Positions 25,642 through 35,969 are shown, counted from the stretch's first letter. The stretch is 46,467 nucleotides of DNA from a virus (IMGVR_UViG_2778261457_000007); one strand, 5' to 3'. The notes: generated by a model from the letters alone, not told the origin. Numbers and translations are program-made.

Positions 25642-25912
25642 GATGTTACCGTAGTATGTGAGTATCCATCGAATAGACACCAAGCCAAAAAGCTCCCGAA
25701 GGAGCCTTCATTTTCACTTTTTTAAATCCAACGACAGACGGCTGGCATTTAAGTATTGTGAAATATTATCAAATGTAATCATCATTGATTTACAAAAGAT
25801 ACATTTTGCCCCGAAAGGATTCATGTCAGAAACATCAAAAGATGATGTTCTATACTGGGAACCATGACAACACGGGCATCTAAAGTGAATATGGTTTGTA
25901 ATATTGTCTACC

Positions 25913-26125
25913 TCAAAGCGCCACTACATGAACAGCGGCAGGACCTTTAGGTCCGTTCTCAATACCAAATTCAACTTCCTGATTCTCAGTTAATGTTTTG
26001 AAATCGTTGCTCTGAATTGCTGAGAAATGGACAAACACATCTTTGCTGCCATCTTTCGGCGTGATGAAACCAAAACCTTTTTCAGGGTTAAACCATTTCA
26101 CTAAACCAGTCATTTTGTTAGACAT
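25913..26125 (-). CDS. cspI: cold-shock protein (CspA family)
   Basis: 70 aa [38 protein letters not shown]... with RNP1/RNP2 motifs; long upstream untranslated region. Confidence 0.8.
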   Translation of the reverse strand: MSNKMTGLVKWFNPEKGFGFITPKDGSKDVFVHFSAIQSNDFKTLTENQEVEFGIENGPKGPAAVHVVAL

Positions 26126-26487
26126 AATTATTACCTTTTGAAGAAATTAGCCCTTGGGCAGAATGGTCCGAAAAAAAATATCAGAGAGAAAAACCAACAA
26201 GGAAATCTCAAGAGGTACAAATAATAAAATTATAACAATGACTGCTTCAGATAAATTTGTAACAAACCAGAACACCATTAACGCATGATTAACCACCCAT
26301 AGCAAGGATTACTTTTGTAAAGAAAAACACAGCAATGAAAGAATAGCTTTATTTATTAATAAAACGTGTCATTCTGATTAAGACCTTTTATCTTACCCTT
26401 AAGATTTCAGGAATTTTGGCTCATGGAAGAGTCCTTTTTATTTAAATTTTACATTCCGCGATGTAAATGTTCCGATTTAATATTACC

Positions 26488-27511
<1,024 letters not shown>

Positions 27512-27515
<4 letters not shown>

Positions 27516-27823
27516 AGATATTTATGATGAGGACGCTCGTGCTTATTGGCAGGATTTTCAATCTTAAAGGAGTACTGATGCTGCAGATAAGACTCAACTT
27601 TTTCTGACAATTTTTCTGCTACTTCCAGGAAGACTTGCCGGACGCTCCTTCTGGCTGCTGCCTCATAAAACTCCAGCGCAGCTCCTTCAACACGGTCCAT
27701 GGCGACATCCAGGTCAAAAATTTCACCGTCAAAGCGTTCTTTGTCCTGTAAGGCTACAGTTACCGTAACTTTATTCTCAAAATTACGGACTCCTTTCACA
27801 ACCAGTTCATAGTCTTGAGTCAT
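27512..27823 (-). CDS. YdfR-like protein (DUF1327) inside the lysis cassette
   Basis: 103 aa MTQDYELVVKGVRNFENKVTVTVALQDKERFDGEIFD...; located between holin and endolysin. Confidence 0.55.
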
Positions 27824-27827
27824 TGGA

Positions 27828-28043
27828 TTACTCTCCTCTCGCAGCCTTACGCCTGTCTTCTTTAATCTTGAAATAAAGATTTGTCAGATACGTCAGCAGG
27901 CCAAAAACCAGGCTACCCAGCACACCGATTGCAGCCCACTGTGACGGAGTTACTTTATCGAGTAACTGCAATGCCCAGAAACCAGCATTACCCGCCGATG
28001 TGCCATAGGCAACACCTGTTGTTAACTTATCCATTGATTTCAT
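27828..28043 (-). CDS. pinholin (phage 21 S-type class II holin) with dual-start motif
   Basis: [28 protein letters not shown]...[32 protein letters not shown]; Met-Lys-Ser-Met dual start; GAGGA upstream of the ATG at 28043. Confidence 0.85.
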   Translation of the reverse strand: MKSMDKLTTGVAYGTSAGNAGFWALQLLDKVTPSQWAAIGVLGSLVFGLLTYLTNLYFKIKEDRRKAARGE

Positions 28044-28261
28044 ATCCTCACCCCGATGTACACGGATGGTGCAATATGTTTGAAAAGATCGGAGTCTACG
28101 GGGTAGTTTTGACAGCACACGTTGTTCTCAACGGCGCTAAAAAACATACACATTAAAAATGTGGGTAATTATTTTGAAAGAAAATCATATATAAAATAAT
28201 AATACGAGAAATGTTTTCATATTTAGTGTACTGTATACGGCCATTTATACAGGAAATGCCT

Positions 28262-28432
28262 ATGTCAGAACGTAAAGACTCAAAATCACGCCGTAATTAT
28301 CTCGTTAAATGTTCCTGCCCAAACTGCACCCAAGAGTCAGAACACAGTTTTTCAAGAGTACAAAAAGGTGCCCTTTTGATCTGCCCTCATTGCAACAAAG
28401 TATTCCAGACAAATCTTAAAGCTGTAGCCTGA
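28262..28432 (+). CDS. small CxxC...CxxC zinc-ribbon protein
   Basis: MSERKDSKSRRNYLVKCSCPNCTQESEHSFSRVQKGALLICPHCNKVFQTNLKAVA; AGGAA upstream of the ATG at 28262; function unknown. Confidence 0.4.
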   Translation: MSERKDSKSRRNYLVKCSCPNCTQESEHSFSRVQKGALLICPHCNKVFQTNLKAVA

Positions 28433-28795
28433 TTGATTTTATTAGTAACAAGTATTTTTTATATTTTAATAATATATTTAAAGCAGATAATAAAAAACCC
28501 GCCTGAGCGGGTTTGAGATTGTGGTGCTTTTTGTGGGAGTCATCCACTTACGCACTTTGTTTTGCGATGCCAGCAGTTAGCTTCTGCTGTGAAACTATTC
28601 ATGCAGCAAACCTGCACTTCACCACAATGGTTAGCATACTTTTCCTGATTAAGATTTTGCCAAATATGCTGGCCATTGTTTCATGTATTGGACCTCCTTA
28701 CTTTTTATTAAAGAGATCCAATATTCACTACTCTGTCCGTATCTCTACTCAGGCATCAGCCTTCTTCGTTATCGTATACAGACGAGCGATGAATT

Positions 28796-29011
28796 TTAAT
28801 CAGTAATGATGACATTTACTGCTGCAGGACCTTTAGCACCACTCTCTATAGAGAAGGTAACCTTTTGACCTTCAAATAAGGTTCGATAATTATCATTCTG
28901 AATCGCAGAAAAATGCACAAACACATCTTTACTACCATCAACAGGAGAAATAAAGCCGAAACCTTTATCAGCGTTAAACCATTTTACTAAACCAGTCATT
29001 TTATTTGACAT
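28796..29011 (-). CDS. cspB: cold-shock protein (CspA family)
   Basis: 71 aa [46 protein letters not shown]... Confidence 0.8.
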   Translation of the reverse strand: MSNKMTGLVKWFNADKGFGFISPVDGSKDVFVHFSAIQNDNYRTLFEGQKVTFSIESGAKGPAAVNVIITD

Positions 29012-29321
29012 TCTACATTCCTTAACTTGAGCCTTTCGGCATAAATGGTTTGCATAACAGAAACGACTTCGTACTTAATTGGAGAGACTCAAAGAAGGAA
29101 TAAGTGAATAACACCTGAAATGAGAACTGCTTTAGTAAACTACTTCGTATATCGTCTGTTCTTCAAACCGACGCAGTCATTAACTCATAGTTGAACATAT
29201 GAAGCAATGTTTATTTTAGACATCCAGCCACCTTCAATCCTATCAAAAAAGTAGTTTTCTCCAGGAACGTGTGTATGGTGCACCAGGTTATCAGTATTAA
29301 GGAGTTTTTCTGTCCCCTAAA

Positions 29322-29522
29322 ATGACAGGAATTGTCAAAAACTTTGACGGCAAAAGCGGCAAGGGTCTTATCACCCCATCCGATGGTCGTATCGATGTCC
29401 AGCTTCATGTTTCAGCGCTCAATCTCCGCGATGCAGAAGAAATTACCACCGGATTACGCGTGGAATTTTACCGGATAAATGGTCTGCGTGGCCCTTCAGC
29501 TGCCAATGTTTACCTTTCATGA
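29322..29522 (+). CDS. cspF: cold-shock-domain protein (CspF/CspH-like), start codon ambiguous
   Basis: [35 protein letters not shown]...; a TAAGGAG box sits 17 nt upstream of this ATG but 5 nt upstream of an in-frame CTG at 29310. Confidence 0.7.
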   Translation: MTGIVKNFDGKSGKGLITPSDGRIDVQLHVSALNLRDAEEITTGLRVEFYRINGLRGPSAANVYLS

Positions 29523-29576
29523 GCTATATTAAAGCTTTAATTTCAGGCCCCATCGGATCACACATGGAGAGTTTTT

Positions 29577-29666
29577 ATGAATAACCCCGTCTGTCTTGAT
29601 GACTGGTTGATTGGCTTTAAAATCTTATGCTGTACTTTGGCCGTAATAGCTCTGCTAATAATATAA
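29577..29666 (+). CDS. candidate 29-aa hydrophobic small protein
   Basis: GGAGAG 5 nt upstream of the ATG; [29 protein letters not shown]; not in the ORF track (shorter than 60 aa). Confidence 0.3.
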   Translation: MNNPVCLDDWLIGFKILCCTLAVIALLII

Positions 29667-29804
29667 TAAGCAGACTCATTGTGTTTAGGGACATTGTACT
29701 GGAAGAAAACATTTTAAACATCAGGCAAATAACCAAGTCACCAGCTAAATAATAAGTTAACAGACATGAGTCCCGGGATGAGATTCAACATTACCATTGC
29801 CCCA

Positions 29805-29836
29805 TTTAAAGCACAAAACCCGCTCATCAGCGGGTT
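29805..29836 (-). terminator. late-operon terminator tR' downstream of the late promoter
   Basis: AACCCGCT-N4-AGCGGGTT hairpin followed on the minus strand by TTTTGTGCTTT; lies about 50 nt downstream of the predicted promoter. Confidence 0.65.
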
Positions 29837-29883
29837 TTCTACTTTTTCTTAACGTCGGGTATACAAAGCCCATCGTTGAAAAA

Positions 29884-29912
29884 ATTTTATCCATATTTTT
29901 TGAAAAATGCAA
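29884..29912 (-). promoter_or_regulatory. late promoter PR' (Q-utilisation region)
   Basis: minus strand reads TTGCAT-17 nt-TAAAAT just downstream of the Q stop; typical position for a lambdoid late promoter with qut. Confidence 0.6.
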
Positions 29913-29943
29913 ACATCATGTCGCCATCTTCAGCAAAAATCAT

Positions 29944-30696
29944 TTATCTCGTCACCTTCCTCAATTGCGCTTCCGCGTATGCTTCTTCCTGCCAGCACTT
30001 TGTTACCAGTTTACCAATGACGTCCGCATACCCCTTATACCACTGATAATCGGTCAGGTCTGGTACCAGCTTCTGGACATGACGTCGTGCCAGCGTGGTC
30101 GGTAAACGACTAAACCGGTTTCCATTACAACGCCCACAAATCTTATATACCGGTACGCCATGAAACCGGGTTCTTTTTTCATCCAGAACAATCCCTTTAC
30201 CCTTACACCCTCTGCACGCTGTGCTGGCTTCGCCCTTACCATGGCAATGCTGACATAGTTCCTTCACCCATTCTTCCTTGATTACAGATTCCCCGCGTCT
30301 GTAGTGTTTCACCACTTCGCGCAATACATTATAAAATCCCGTACCTGAACAATGCTCACAGCGAGCCTTACTTGCCGCAGACCTGGAGTAATCAGCAAAG
30401 GCAAAACTCACGAGGTAAGGAATAATCTGTAACCGGATTTCTTCACTCAATTTGTTCAATGTCGGGTTATCCAGTGCCATCGCGTAATTTAGCAGGCCTT
30501 CAATCGCAAACTGAGGGTCCTGAACACCAACTTTTGCCAGAAATAAGGCCAACCCAAGTGGTGCTTTCGACTGCACCATCCCCTGCGCTGCCATTACATC
30601 CGTAATTGTTAAACAACCGGTGCCTGTCGCTGGAGCGTCATCGCTCAATTTTGGAGATTTTGGGGAGTAATATTTTGGTAAGGCTTCAAGGTTCAT
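29944..30696 (-). CDS. late-gene antiterminator Q (phage 82/21-type)
   Basis: MNLEALPKYYSPKSPKLSDDAPATGTGCLTITDV... with Cys/His zinc-binding cluster (CEHCSGTG...CQHCHGKG...CRGCKGKG); ATG at 30696 preceded by GGAG; QuuQ-like by recall. Confidence 0.8.
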   Translation of the reverse strand: MNLEALPKYYSPKSPKLSDDAPATGTGCLTITDVMAAQGMVQSKAPLGLALFLAKVGVQDPQFAIEGLLNYAMALDNPTLNKLSEEIRLQIIPYLVSFAFADYSRSAASKARCEHCSGTGFYNVLREVVKHYRRGESVIKEEWVKELCQHCHGKGEASTACRGCKGKGIVLDEKRTRFHGVPVYKICGRCNGNRFSRLPTTLARRHVQKLVPDLTDYQWYKGYADVIGKLVTKCWQEEAYAEAQLRKVTR

Positions 30697-30709
30697 GCTC
30701 GTTCTCCAC

Positions 30710-31759
30710 TTACGCCAGTACGCCAATTGCCAGCGCGCGATCGATAAAACGAAATATCAGCTCCAGTTGGGAGCCATACTTATCTTCAAATGCCACTGTA
30801 TCCGTATGCAGCTCGTTGTGATGCTTTCTGCACAAAGGCAACACAAAGAGATCATGTGCTTTTGTTCCCATTCCGCCCTGCCCGTGACCAATCAGATGAT
30901 GCGGATCGTCGGCTGGCATACCGCAGCAAGCACACGGCTGTGTCTTAACCCAACGTGTGTATTTCTCCTTAACCCAGCGGCGACGTTTAGGCAGCTTCAT
31001 GAAAGATTCCGGAGACTCTGGATCAACGGTGATGCTTACCACCGTCTTTTCCTGTGGTGATTTTTGTTGCTGGTGGGCGTAAGGCAACGGTGCAAGATTT
31101 TTTGTGCGTTGTTTCAATATGCTGGTGGCGGTCTGCTCTCCCGGTACGATGTCGCTTTCGCGGTACACCGAGCAGATTTTTTCCGCTGGTAATCCCAGCG
31201 AACGACGCGATACAGCCTCAGGTAGTGCATCCACCACCTGATTGCAGACCGTCCACCAGGATAATTCAGCCAAAGATAATTCCCGCTCCTGCGTACCGCT
31301 TATTGCGTGACGGATGACGTCAATCACCCATGCTGTCAGATTTTGTTGAGCAAGCAGCTCCAGTGATTCCGATGTCTGGTCACGCAGTTGGTTGTCGCAG
31401 TGCCAGCACAACACCATTGCGCCGGTACCATAACGGTGAATGACTGTTTCAGTGTGATGGTAATCGCCATTAGGCCACTGGCAGGATGTAACATGACGTA
31501 ATAGCCAGTCGGACAATGCGCCAACGCCGCCAGCAGCACGAATCACCCGTTCGTTACTAAAAAACGGCAGCAATGTTTTGTCTTCCGCCAGCGGCTGGCG
31601 AACGGCAGGAACGACTCCGGATGGCAGATTACGCATGCTTTTTGGTTCCGGTTCCACCAGCACTCGAGGATTATGAAATATCTGTATGGATTCACGGCCC
31701 GGCTTAAGGACCACCAGCCCAAGCTCAGGCACCAGAACAGGTCTAAGTAATACCCGCAC
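30710..31759 (-). CDS. DUF968 protein (YdfU-like) with C-terminal HNH-like Cys/His motif
   Basis: 349 aa from the GTG at 31759, which is preceded by GGAGGT; C-terminus CACCGMPADDPHHLIGHGQGG...CRKHHNELH; the ORF track starts at an upstream GTG (31798). Confidence 0.6.
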   Translation of the reverse strand: MRVLLRPVLVPELGLVVLKPGRESIQIFHNPRVLVEPEPKSMRNLPSGVVPAVRQPLAEDKTLLPFFSNERVIRAAGGVGALSDWLLRHVTSCQWPNGDYHHTETVIHRYGTGAMVLCWHCDNQLRDQTSESLELLAQQNLTAWVIDVIRHAISGTQERELSLAELSWWTVCNQVVDALPEAVSRRSLGLPAEKICSVYRESDIVPGEQTATSILKQRTKNLAPLPYAHQQQKSPQEKTVVSITVDPESPESFMKLPKRRRWVKEKYTRWVKTQPCACCGMPADDPHHLIGHGQGGMGTKAHDLFVLPLCRKHHNELHTDTVAFEDKYGSQLELIFRFIDRALAIGVLA

Positions 31760-31760
31760 G

Positions 31761-32039
31761 TTACCTCCAGATCCGTTGCTGGAAAGTGCGGGACGCACGT
31801 GGTGGGCGTTCGGAATAAGGCAGCCTGACAGAGATTATCCAGTGCCGATAGTCGAGACTGAGAGCTTTCTTAACCTCGAACCCGCGCCTGCGGTAAGAAT
31901 GAATCAGCCATTCGGCCTGTTCTGCAGTGCATGGAGGGTGCTGGAACCATTCAGACTTGAATGCGTGAGAATACCGCCCGTGCGTGCAGGCAAGAACGGG
32001 CGAATTATCAGAATTGTAATATTTTGCGTTGCGTGCCAT
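31761..32039 (-). CDS. hypothetical protein (92 aa)
   Basis: MARNAKYYNSDNSPVLACTHGRYSHAFKSEWFQHPPC...; co-oriented with neighbours, stop abuts the DUF968 start; unknown function. Confidence 0.4.
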   Translation of the reverse strand: MARNAKYYNSDNSPVLACTHGRYSHAFKSEWFQHPPCTAEQAEWLIHSYRRRGFEVKKALSLDYRHWIISVRLPYSERPPRASRTFQQRIWR

Positions 32040-32105
32040 CGGTTTTCTCCGGTGGCACGGTGTTACTCAGCGGGAGTTCAGCCCCGCGCAAGATTGTAGA
32101 TGAGT

Positions 32106-32357
32106 TTATTCTCCTGAAAAAGCAGAAAAGCCAGCTTTTATTCCGATCTCTTTCAATGCCTGTAATGAAGTGACAAACTCACCTTCGCGCAAGATAAATC
32201 CGTCCGTGACCCGAGCATCCACAAAATTAATTAACGCAGCCCCATTCTTTCGCAAACACATAATGCGGTAATGACTAACAAGATTTCCATTTTCAACGCA
32301 CACAGCATAGAGGCCATCTTCACAAAAAATTTTACGCAGTTCTTCGATGTTCATCAT
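32106..32357 (-). CDS. rem: hypothetical protein (83 aa), at the position of Qin rem
   Basis: MMNIEELRKIFCEDGLYAVCVENGNLVSHYRIMCL...; symbol assigned from gene order and length (K-12 rem is 83 aa by recall); tentative. Confidence 0.4.
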   Translation of the reverse strand: MMNIEELRKIFCEDGLYAVCVENGNLVSHYRIMCLRKNGAALINFVDARVTDGFILREGEFVTSLQALKEIGIKAGFSAFSGE

Positions 32358-32473
32358 CAGAATCCTTCCGGATAATTAGCTCTCCCCTTTAAGGGACCAT
32401 CCCTCTTATCCCTGCGCGCTACTTAAGTATTTTTGATTCTATTCCGGCACCGTCCAGAACTTCAAACGCGTTG

Positions 32474-32505
32474 AAAATAAAAACAAAAACCCGCCGAAGC
32501 GGGTT
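32474..32505 (-). terminator. intrinsic terminator downstream of hokD
   Basis: AACCCGCTTCGGCGGGTT hairpin followed by TTTTTGTTTTTATTTT on the minus strand. Confidence 0.65.
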
Positions 32506-32573
32506 AAGTGCGGGTGCGTTGAGGATGCCTGCCACATCAGAGGTGGCGAGGGATTTCTCCCCCGCCGGGTCTC

Positions 32574-32729
32574 TTACTCCTCAGGTTCGTAAGCTGTGAA
32601 GACAGCGACCTCCGTCTGGCCGGTTCGGATTCGTACCTCGCAGAGGTCTTTCCTCGTTACCAGTGCCGTCACTATGACGGTTAAACAGATGACGATCAGG
32701 GCGATTAACATCGCCTTTTGCTGCTTCAT
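32574..32729 (-). CDS. hokD: Hok-family membrane toxin (RelF)
   Basis: 51-aa ORF not in the track: MKQQKAMLIALIVICLTVIVTALVTRKDLCEVRIRTGQTEVAVFTAYEPEE; recognised as HokD. Confidence 0.85.
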   Translation of the reverse strand: MKQQKAMLIALIVICLTVIVTALVTRKDLCEVRIRTGQTEVAVFTAYEPEE

Positions 32730-32800
32730 AGCCTGCTTCTCCTGTCAACGCAAAGCAGAAGTGTCACCTTCGGTGCGAAACAGAGATGTCATGCTTTGGT

Positions 32801-33088
32801 TCAGAGAATGCGTTTGACCGCCTCGCTATATACTTCCGAGCGTTCTCTTTTCCCAACAGAAATCACGAAAACGACAACTTTCTCGTCTATAACCTGGTAT
32901 ACAAGGCGATAGCCTGAAGACCGGAGCTTAATCTTGTAACAATCAGGCATACCACGGAGCTTGTTTGCTTCAATCCGGGGTGACTCAAGTACTTCAACCA
33001 GCTTCTTTTTCAACTGTTCACGTACCGTCGAGCCCAGCTTTCGCCATTCCTTTAGTGCCCGCTCGTCAAAATCCAGAAAATACGCCAT
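32801..33088 (-). CDS. relE: RelE mRNA interferase toxin
   Basis: 95 aa MAYFLDFDERALKEWRKLGSTVREQLKKKLVEVLESPR... Confidence 0.9.
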   Translation of the reverse strand: MAYFLDFDERALKEWRKLGSTVREQLKKKLVEVLESPRIEANKLRGMPDCYKIKLRSSGYRLVYQVIDEKVVVFVISVGKRERSEVYSEAVKRIL

Positions 33089-33327
33089 CAGAGTTCATCC
33101 AGCGTCACACGTACTGGCTTAGGATTACGAAGCCGTTCTTTCACTATCTCCACAAGTTCAGCATCTTCATCACTCAGGAGTGTCTGTTTGAACGGCAAGC
33201 GTTCATTGTCAGCGATATACTCGAGCATGAGACGAAGCGCTTCAGAAGGAGTTACACCCATTTTTTCAAGCGCGGCGTAAGAACGCGCTTTAAGTTCATC
33301 GTCAATACGCAGGTTAATGCTACCCAT
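33088..33327 (-). CDS. relB: RelB antitoxin
   Basis: 79 aa MGSINLRIDDELKARSYAALEKMGVTPSEALRLMLEYIADNERLPF...; stop overlaps the relE start. Confidence 0.9.
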   Translation of the reverse strand: MGSINLRIDDELKARSYAALEKMGVTPSEALRLMLEYIADNERLPFKQTLLSDEDAELVEIVKERLRNPKPVRVTLDEL

Positions 33328-33400
33328 GTCTTACACCTCTTGTAATTACAAATGTCATTACAAGTATCGCACTACAACATGCTTAGGGCAAGTCACGAAG
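33328..33400 (-). promoter_or_regulatory. relBE promoter and operator (relO)
   Basis: TTGTAATTACAA / ATTACAA hexad repeats immediately upstream of the relB ATG. Confidence 0.6.
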
Positions 33401-33809
33401 GAAGTCAGAAAGTAGTCGTAAGAACGGTGATCACTGTCCGCTTTGTGCCAGGAGCAGCCATTGCTAAGTCCATCCTGTATTGTGCAGGTCAGCTCGTTTT
33501 TAAAGAGTCCGGCCATCATCTTACTGGTACAGACACCATATACTTTGTGACGGTCAGGCTACATATGCACAACTCAACTTATTCATCTATTTTTTGCTTT
33601 AGCATGTCAGTGTTGCTTTCTCGTCGGCGGGTGAGCGGTGACCTGACCTGTCGATAAAGGAACGTAACACGTTTTATGCAACACCCGCATGCGGCAGAAA
33701 ATTATTGCCGAACGTTTACCCCTGTCAACAAGCTTTACTTTCTGAGGCGCGCCAGCCCGCGAGGAAAACAATCTGAACATCAAACAATTAATGACACAAG
33801 AAATACGAT

Positions 33810-33836
33810 TAAAGATTTTTTTGTACATGCCGATAG
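33810..33836 (+). promoter_or_regulatory. sigma-28 (FliA) promoter of flxA
   Basis: TAAAGATT-N11-GCCGATAG, close to the FliA consensus TAAAGTTT-N11-GCCGATAA, about 25 nt upstream of the flxA ATG. Confidence 0.65.
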
Positions 33837-33859
33837 TGCTTTTTTAAAAGGAGAAATCT

Positions 33860-34192
33860 ATGTCTGTCACAATTCAGGGAAATACCTCAACCGTTATTTC
33901 AAACAACTCCGCCCCGGAAGGAACATCAGAAATAGCCAAAATCACAAGACAAATTCAGGTGCTGACTGAAAAGCTTGGGAAAATCTCATCGGAAGAGGGG
34001 ATGACGACACAGCAGAAAAAAGAAATGGCTGCATTGGTACAGAAGCAAATTGAAAGCCTCTGGGCTCAACTGGAGCAGTTGTTAAGGCAGCAGGCAGAGA
34101 AAAAGAATGAAGACGCGACAGTTCAGCCTGATAAAAAAGAAGAGAAAAAAGACGATACAAATACCGCTGGCACCATTGATATTTACGTCTAA
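33860..34192 (+). CDS. flxA: FlxA (FliA-regulated prophage protein)
   Basis: 110 aa MSVTIQGNTSTVISNNSAPEGTSEIAKITRQIQVLTEKLGK...; AGGAG upstream of the ATG. Confidence 0.85.
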   Translation: MSVTIQGNTSTVISNNSAPEGTSEIAKITRQIQVLTEKLGKISSEEGMTTQQKKEMAALVQKQIESLWAQLEQLLRQQAEKKNEDATVQPDKKEEKKDDTNTAGTIDIYV

Positions 34193-34628
34193 GTGACAGC
34201 CGTATTGTGGCCCTCATCGGGCCACTTTTCGCCATCAGCCTTTTCTTTAAAGACATATTATCTTTGTATCATTTCTGATAGTTAACATTACAAGATATAA
34301 GTAATGGACGCACTCCCAATTAGTCTATTTAAATCGCCACGAGTTTAACTGACAACCCATGATCAATTATGAATTGCAACTATTTCTGTAGTCACTTTTG
34401 TGGGGACAGTCCACAAAACTGCCAACTTCCGCTTCTTGCTCTTAGCGGACATTAGCATAGGCTATTTACCATAACGCCTCATTACGCGCACCGCCCAGAC
34501 TGACTCAGCGCGTTTCTGGCATATCCCCGGTAAAACAAGTAACAAACCACCCGAAAATGAACACCAGAAACGCGACTTAAGAATCTACCCTATGAATGGA
34601 TATGCACTCAACCGAATCGATCTTGGTT

Positions 34629-35969
34629 TCAATCTTTTTTATCGGGATCAGGCTTCTTTTTAGGTAACTTCGGGGGCTTAACTTGCTGATGACTTTGCGT
34701 TCGGCGCGTAAGCCAGGGATGGTCAGCTTTAGGTTTAACATAGTATTTTGAGCGTAAATCAATACGGGCATTATCCACTCGTTCATGGACACTCTTTTCA
34801 TCATCCAGTGGTATAGGCTCCGGGCCATCAACATACTTTTCCCAGCCCAGCGCTTTCCCGTCATACAGAACGTTAATTTCACCGTCAAAGTTCTCGCATA
34901 CAGTAACAACCGAATGCCTAAGTCGATATCCCCGGCTCTCACTGCGTACCTGAAACGCACTGCTTTTGTACTGGAAAGTGAGATTTTTAGACAGAACGCG
35001 CTTCGCCTGTAGGCTGAAGATATAACCCAGTTCCTCTTCAGAATGGTGCACATCAAGATGAGCATTATCAGTAGTACGAGGCGACGTAGCGAACCGGTTG
35101 TTATAGGCTTCAATAAAGGTCGGCAACCATGCATTTGCTGTTTCAATATCACTGATATTCTGAAGCCGCATTTCTTTGACCAGCCTGTCCTGTAGTGTCT
35201 GATTGGCGCGCTCTACCCGCCCTTTTGCCTGCGGGCTGTTGGCATGGATTGGCTCGATGCCCAGTGTCTTTATCGCACGAGTGAACTGGGTCAGCTCACC
35301 TTCCCGCTCTGGGTTATTTACCCTGAATATACTGTGTCTATCAGAGTAGAGAGCGAGCGGTACGCCATGATCATTAAGGTAACCCCGGAGGGTTTCCATG
35401 TAAGCCCGGGTTGTTTCAGCAGGCACAAAACGCAACGCCATCAACGCACTGGTGGCATCATCAATGAAAACGATCAGTGTACATCTGGGGCCTCGATTTT
35501 CAAACCAGTCATGAGGTGAGCCATCAATCTGGATCAGTTCACCGTAAGATGGTCGTCGCATGCGGCGTTGATATATACGGGCAATTTTACGACGGCGTTC
35601 ACGCCATAACCCCTCTTCTATCATCCACTTTCTGAGAGTTTCAACGGATAAAGATAAACCGTGTATCTCGCGCAATTTTTCGCACGCAAACGTAGGTCCA
35701 AAATCAGCGTAACGGCCTTTGAGGAGTGAAATTACTGTTGCTCTGAATTCAGTAGAAAAGGAATTATTAGGACGCTTTCCACGTCGGTGGGAAACCAGAC
35801 CAGAAGGCCCTTCATTTCTATACCGTTGCACCAGACGTTTAACCTGCCGAATAGAAATGCCAATGCGTGCCGCAGCTTGTTCCTGAGTAATATGTCGATT
35901 AATTGACTCCTGAATAATCTGAAGTCGGTGGAGTTCCTTATGACTCATCGTAACAGTCTCTTTGATCAT
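34629..35969 (-). CDS. DDE transposase / integrase-core (rve-type) protein with N-terminal HTH; IS-like element, boundaries unresolved
   Basis: 446 aa MIKETVTMSHKELHRLQIIQESINRHITQEQAAARIGISIRQVKRL..., integrase-core-like middle region and lysine-rich tail; GGGGGA upstream of the ATG; IS family not determinable without a search. Confidence 0.7.
   Translation of the reverse strand: MIKETVTMSHKELHRLQIIQESINRHITQEQAAARIGISIRQVKRLVQRYRNEGPSGLVSHRRGKRPNNSFSTEFRATVISLLKGRYADFGPTFACEKLREIHGLSLSVETLRKWMIEEGLWRERRRKIARIYQRRMRRPSYGELIQIDGSPHDWFENRGPRCTLIVFIDDATSALMALRFVPAETTRAYMETLRGYLNDHGVPLALYSDRHSIFRVNNPEREGELTQFTRAIKTLGIEPIHANSPQAKGRVERANQTLQDRLVKEMRLQNISDIETANAWLPTFIEAYNNRFATSPRTTDNAHLDVHHSEEELGYIFSLQAKRVLSKNLTFQYKSSAFQVRSESRGYRLRHSVVTVCENFDGEINVLYDGKALGWEKYVDGPEPIPLDDEKSVHERVDNARIDLRSKYYVKPKADHPWLTRRTQSHQQVKPPKLPKKKPDPDKKD

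Noticed and set aside
28440-29320. Looked for tRNA genes in the Q-to-lysis interval, where lambdoid phages often carry them
   Set aside because: No cloverleaf-compatible sequence found by eye; the interval is occupied by csp genes, long UTRs and a terminator hairpin at about 28488-28510.
33352-33828. 101-aa plus-strand ORF and 73-aa minus-strand ORF between relB and flxA
   Set aside because: No ribosome binding sites or recognisable features, and they overlap the relBE and flxA promoter regions; the 101-aa frame may correspond to a dubious annotated ORF, but I cannot support it from sequence.
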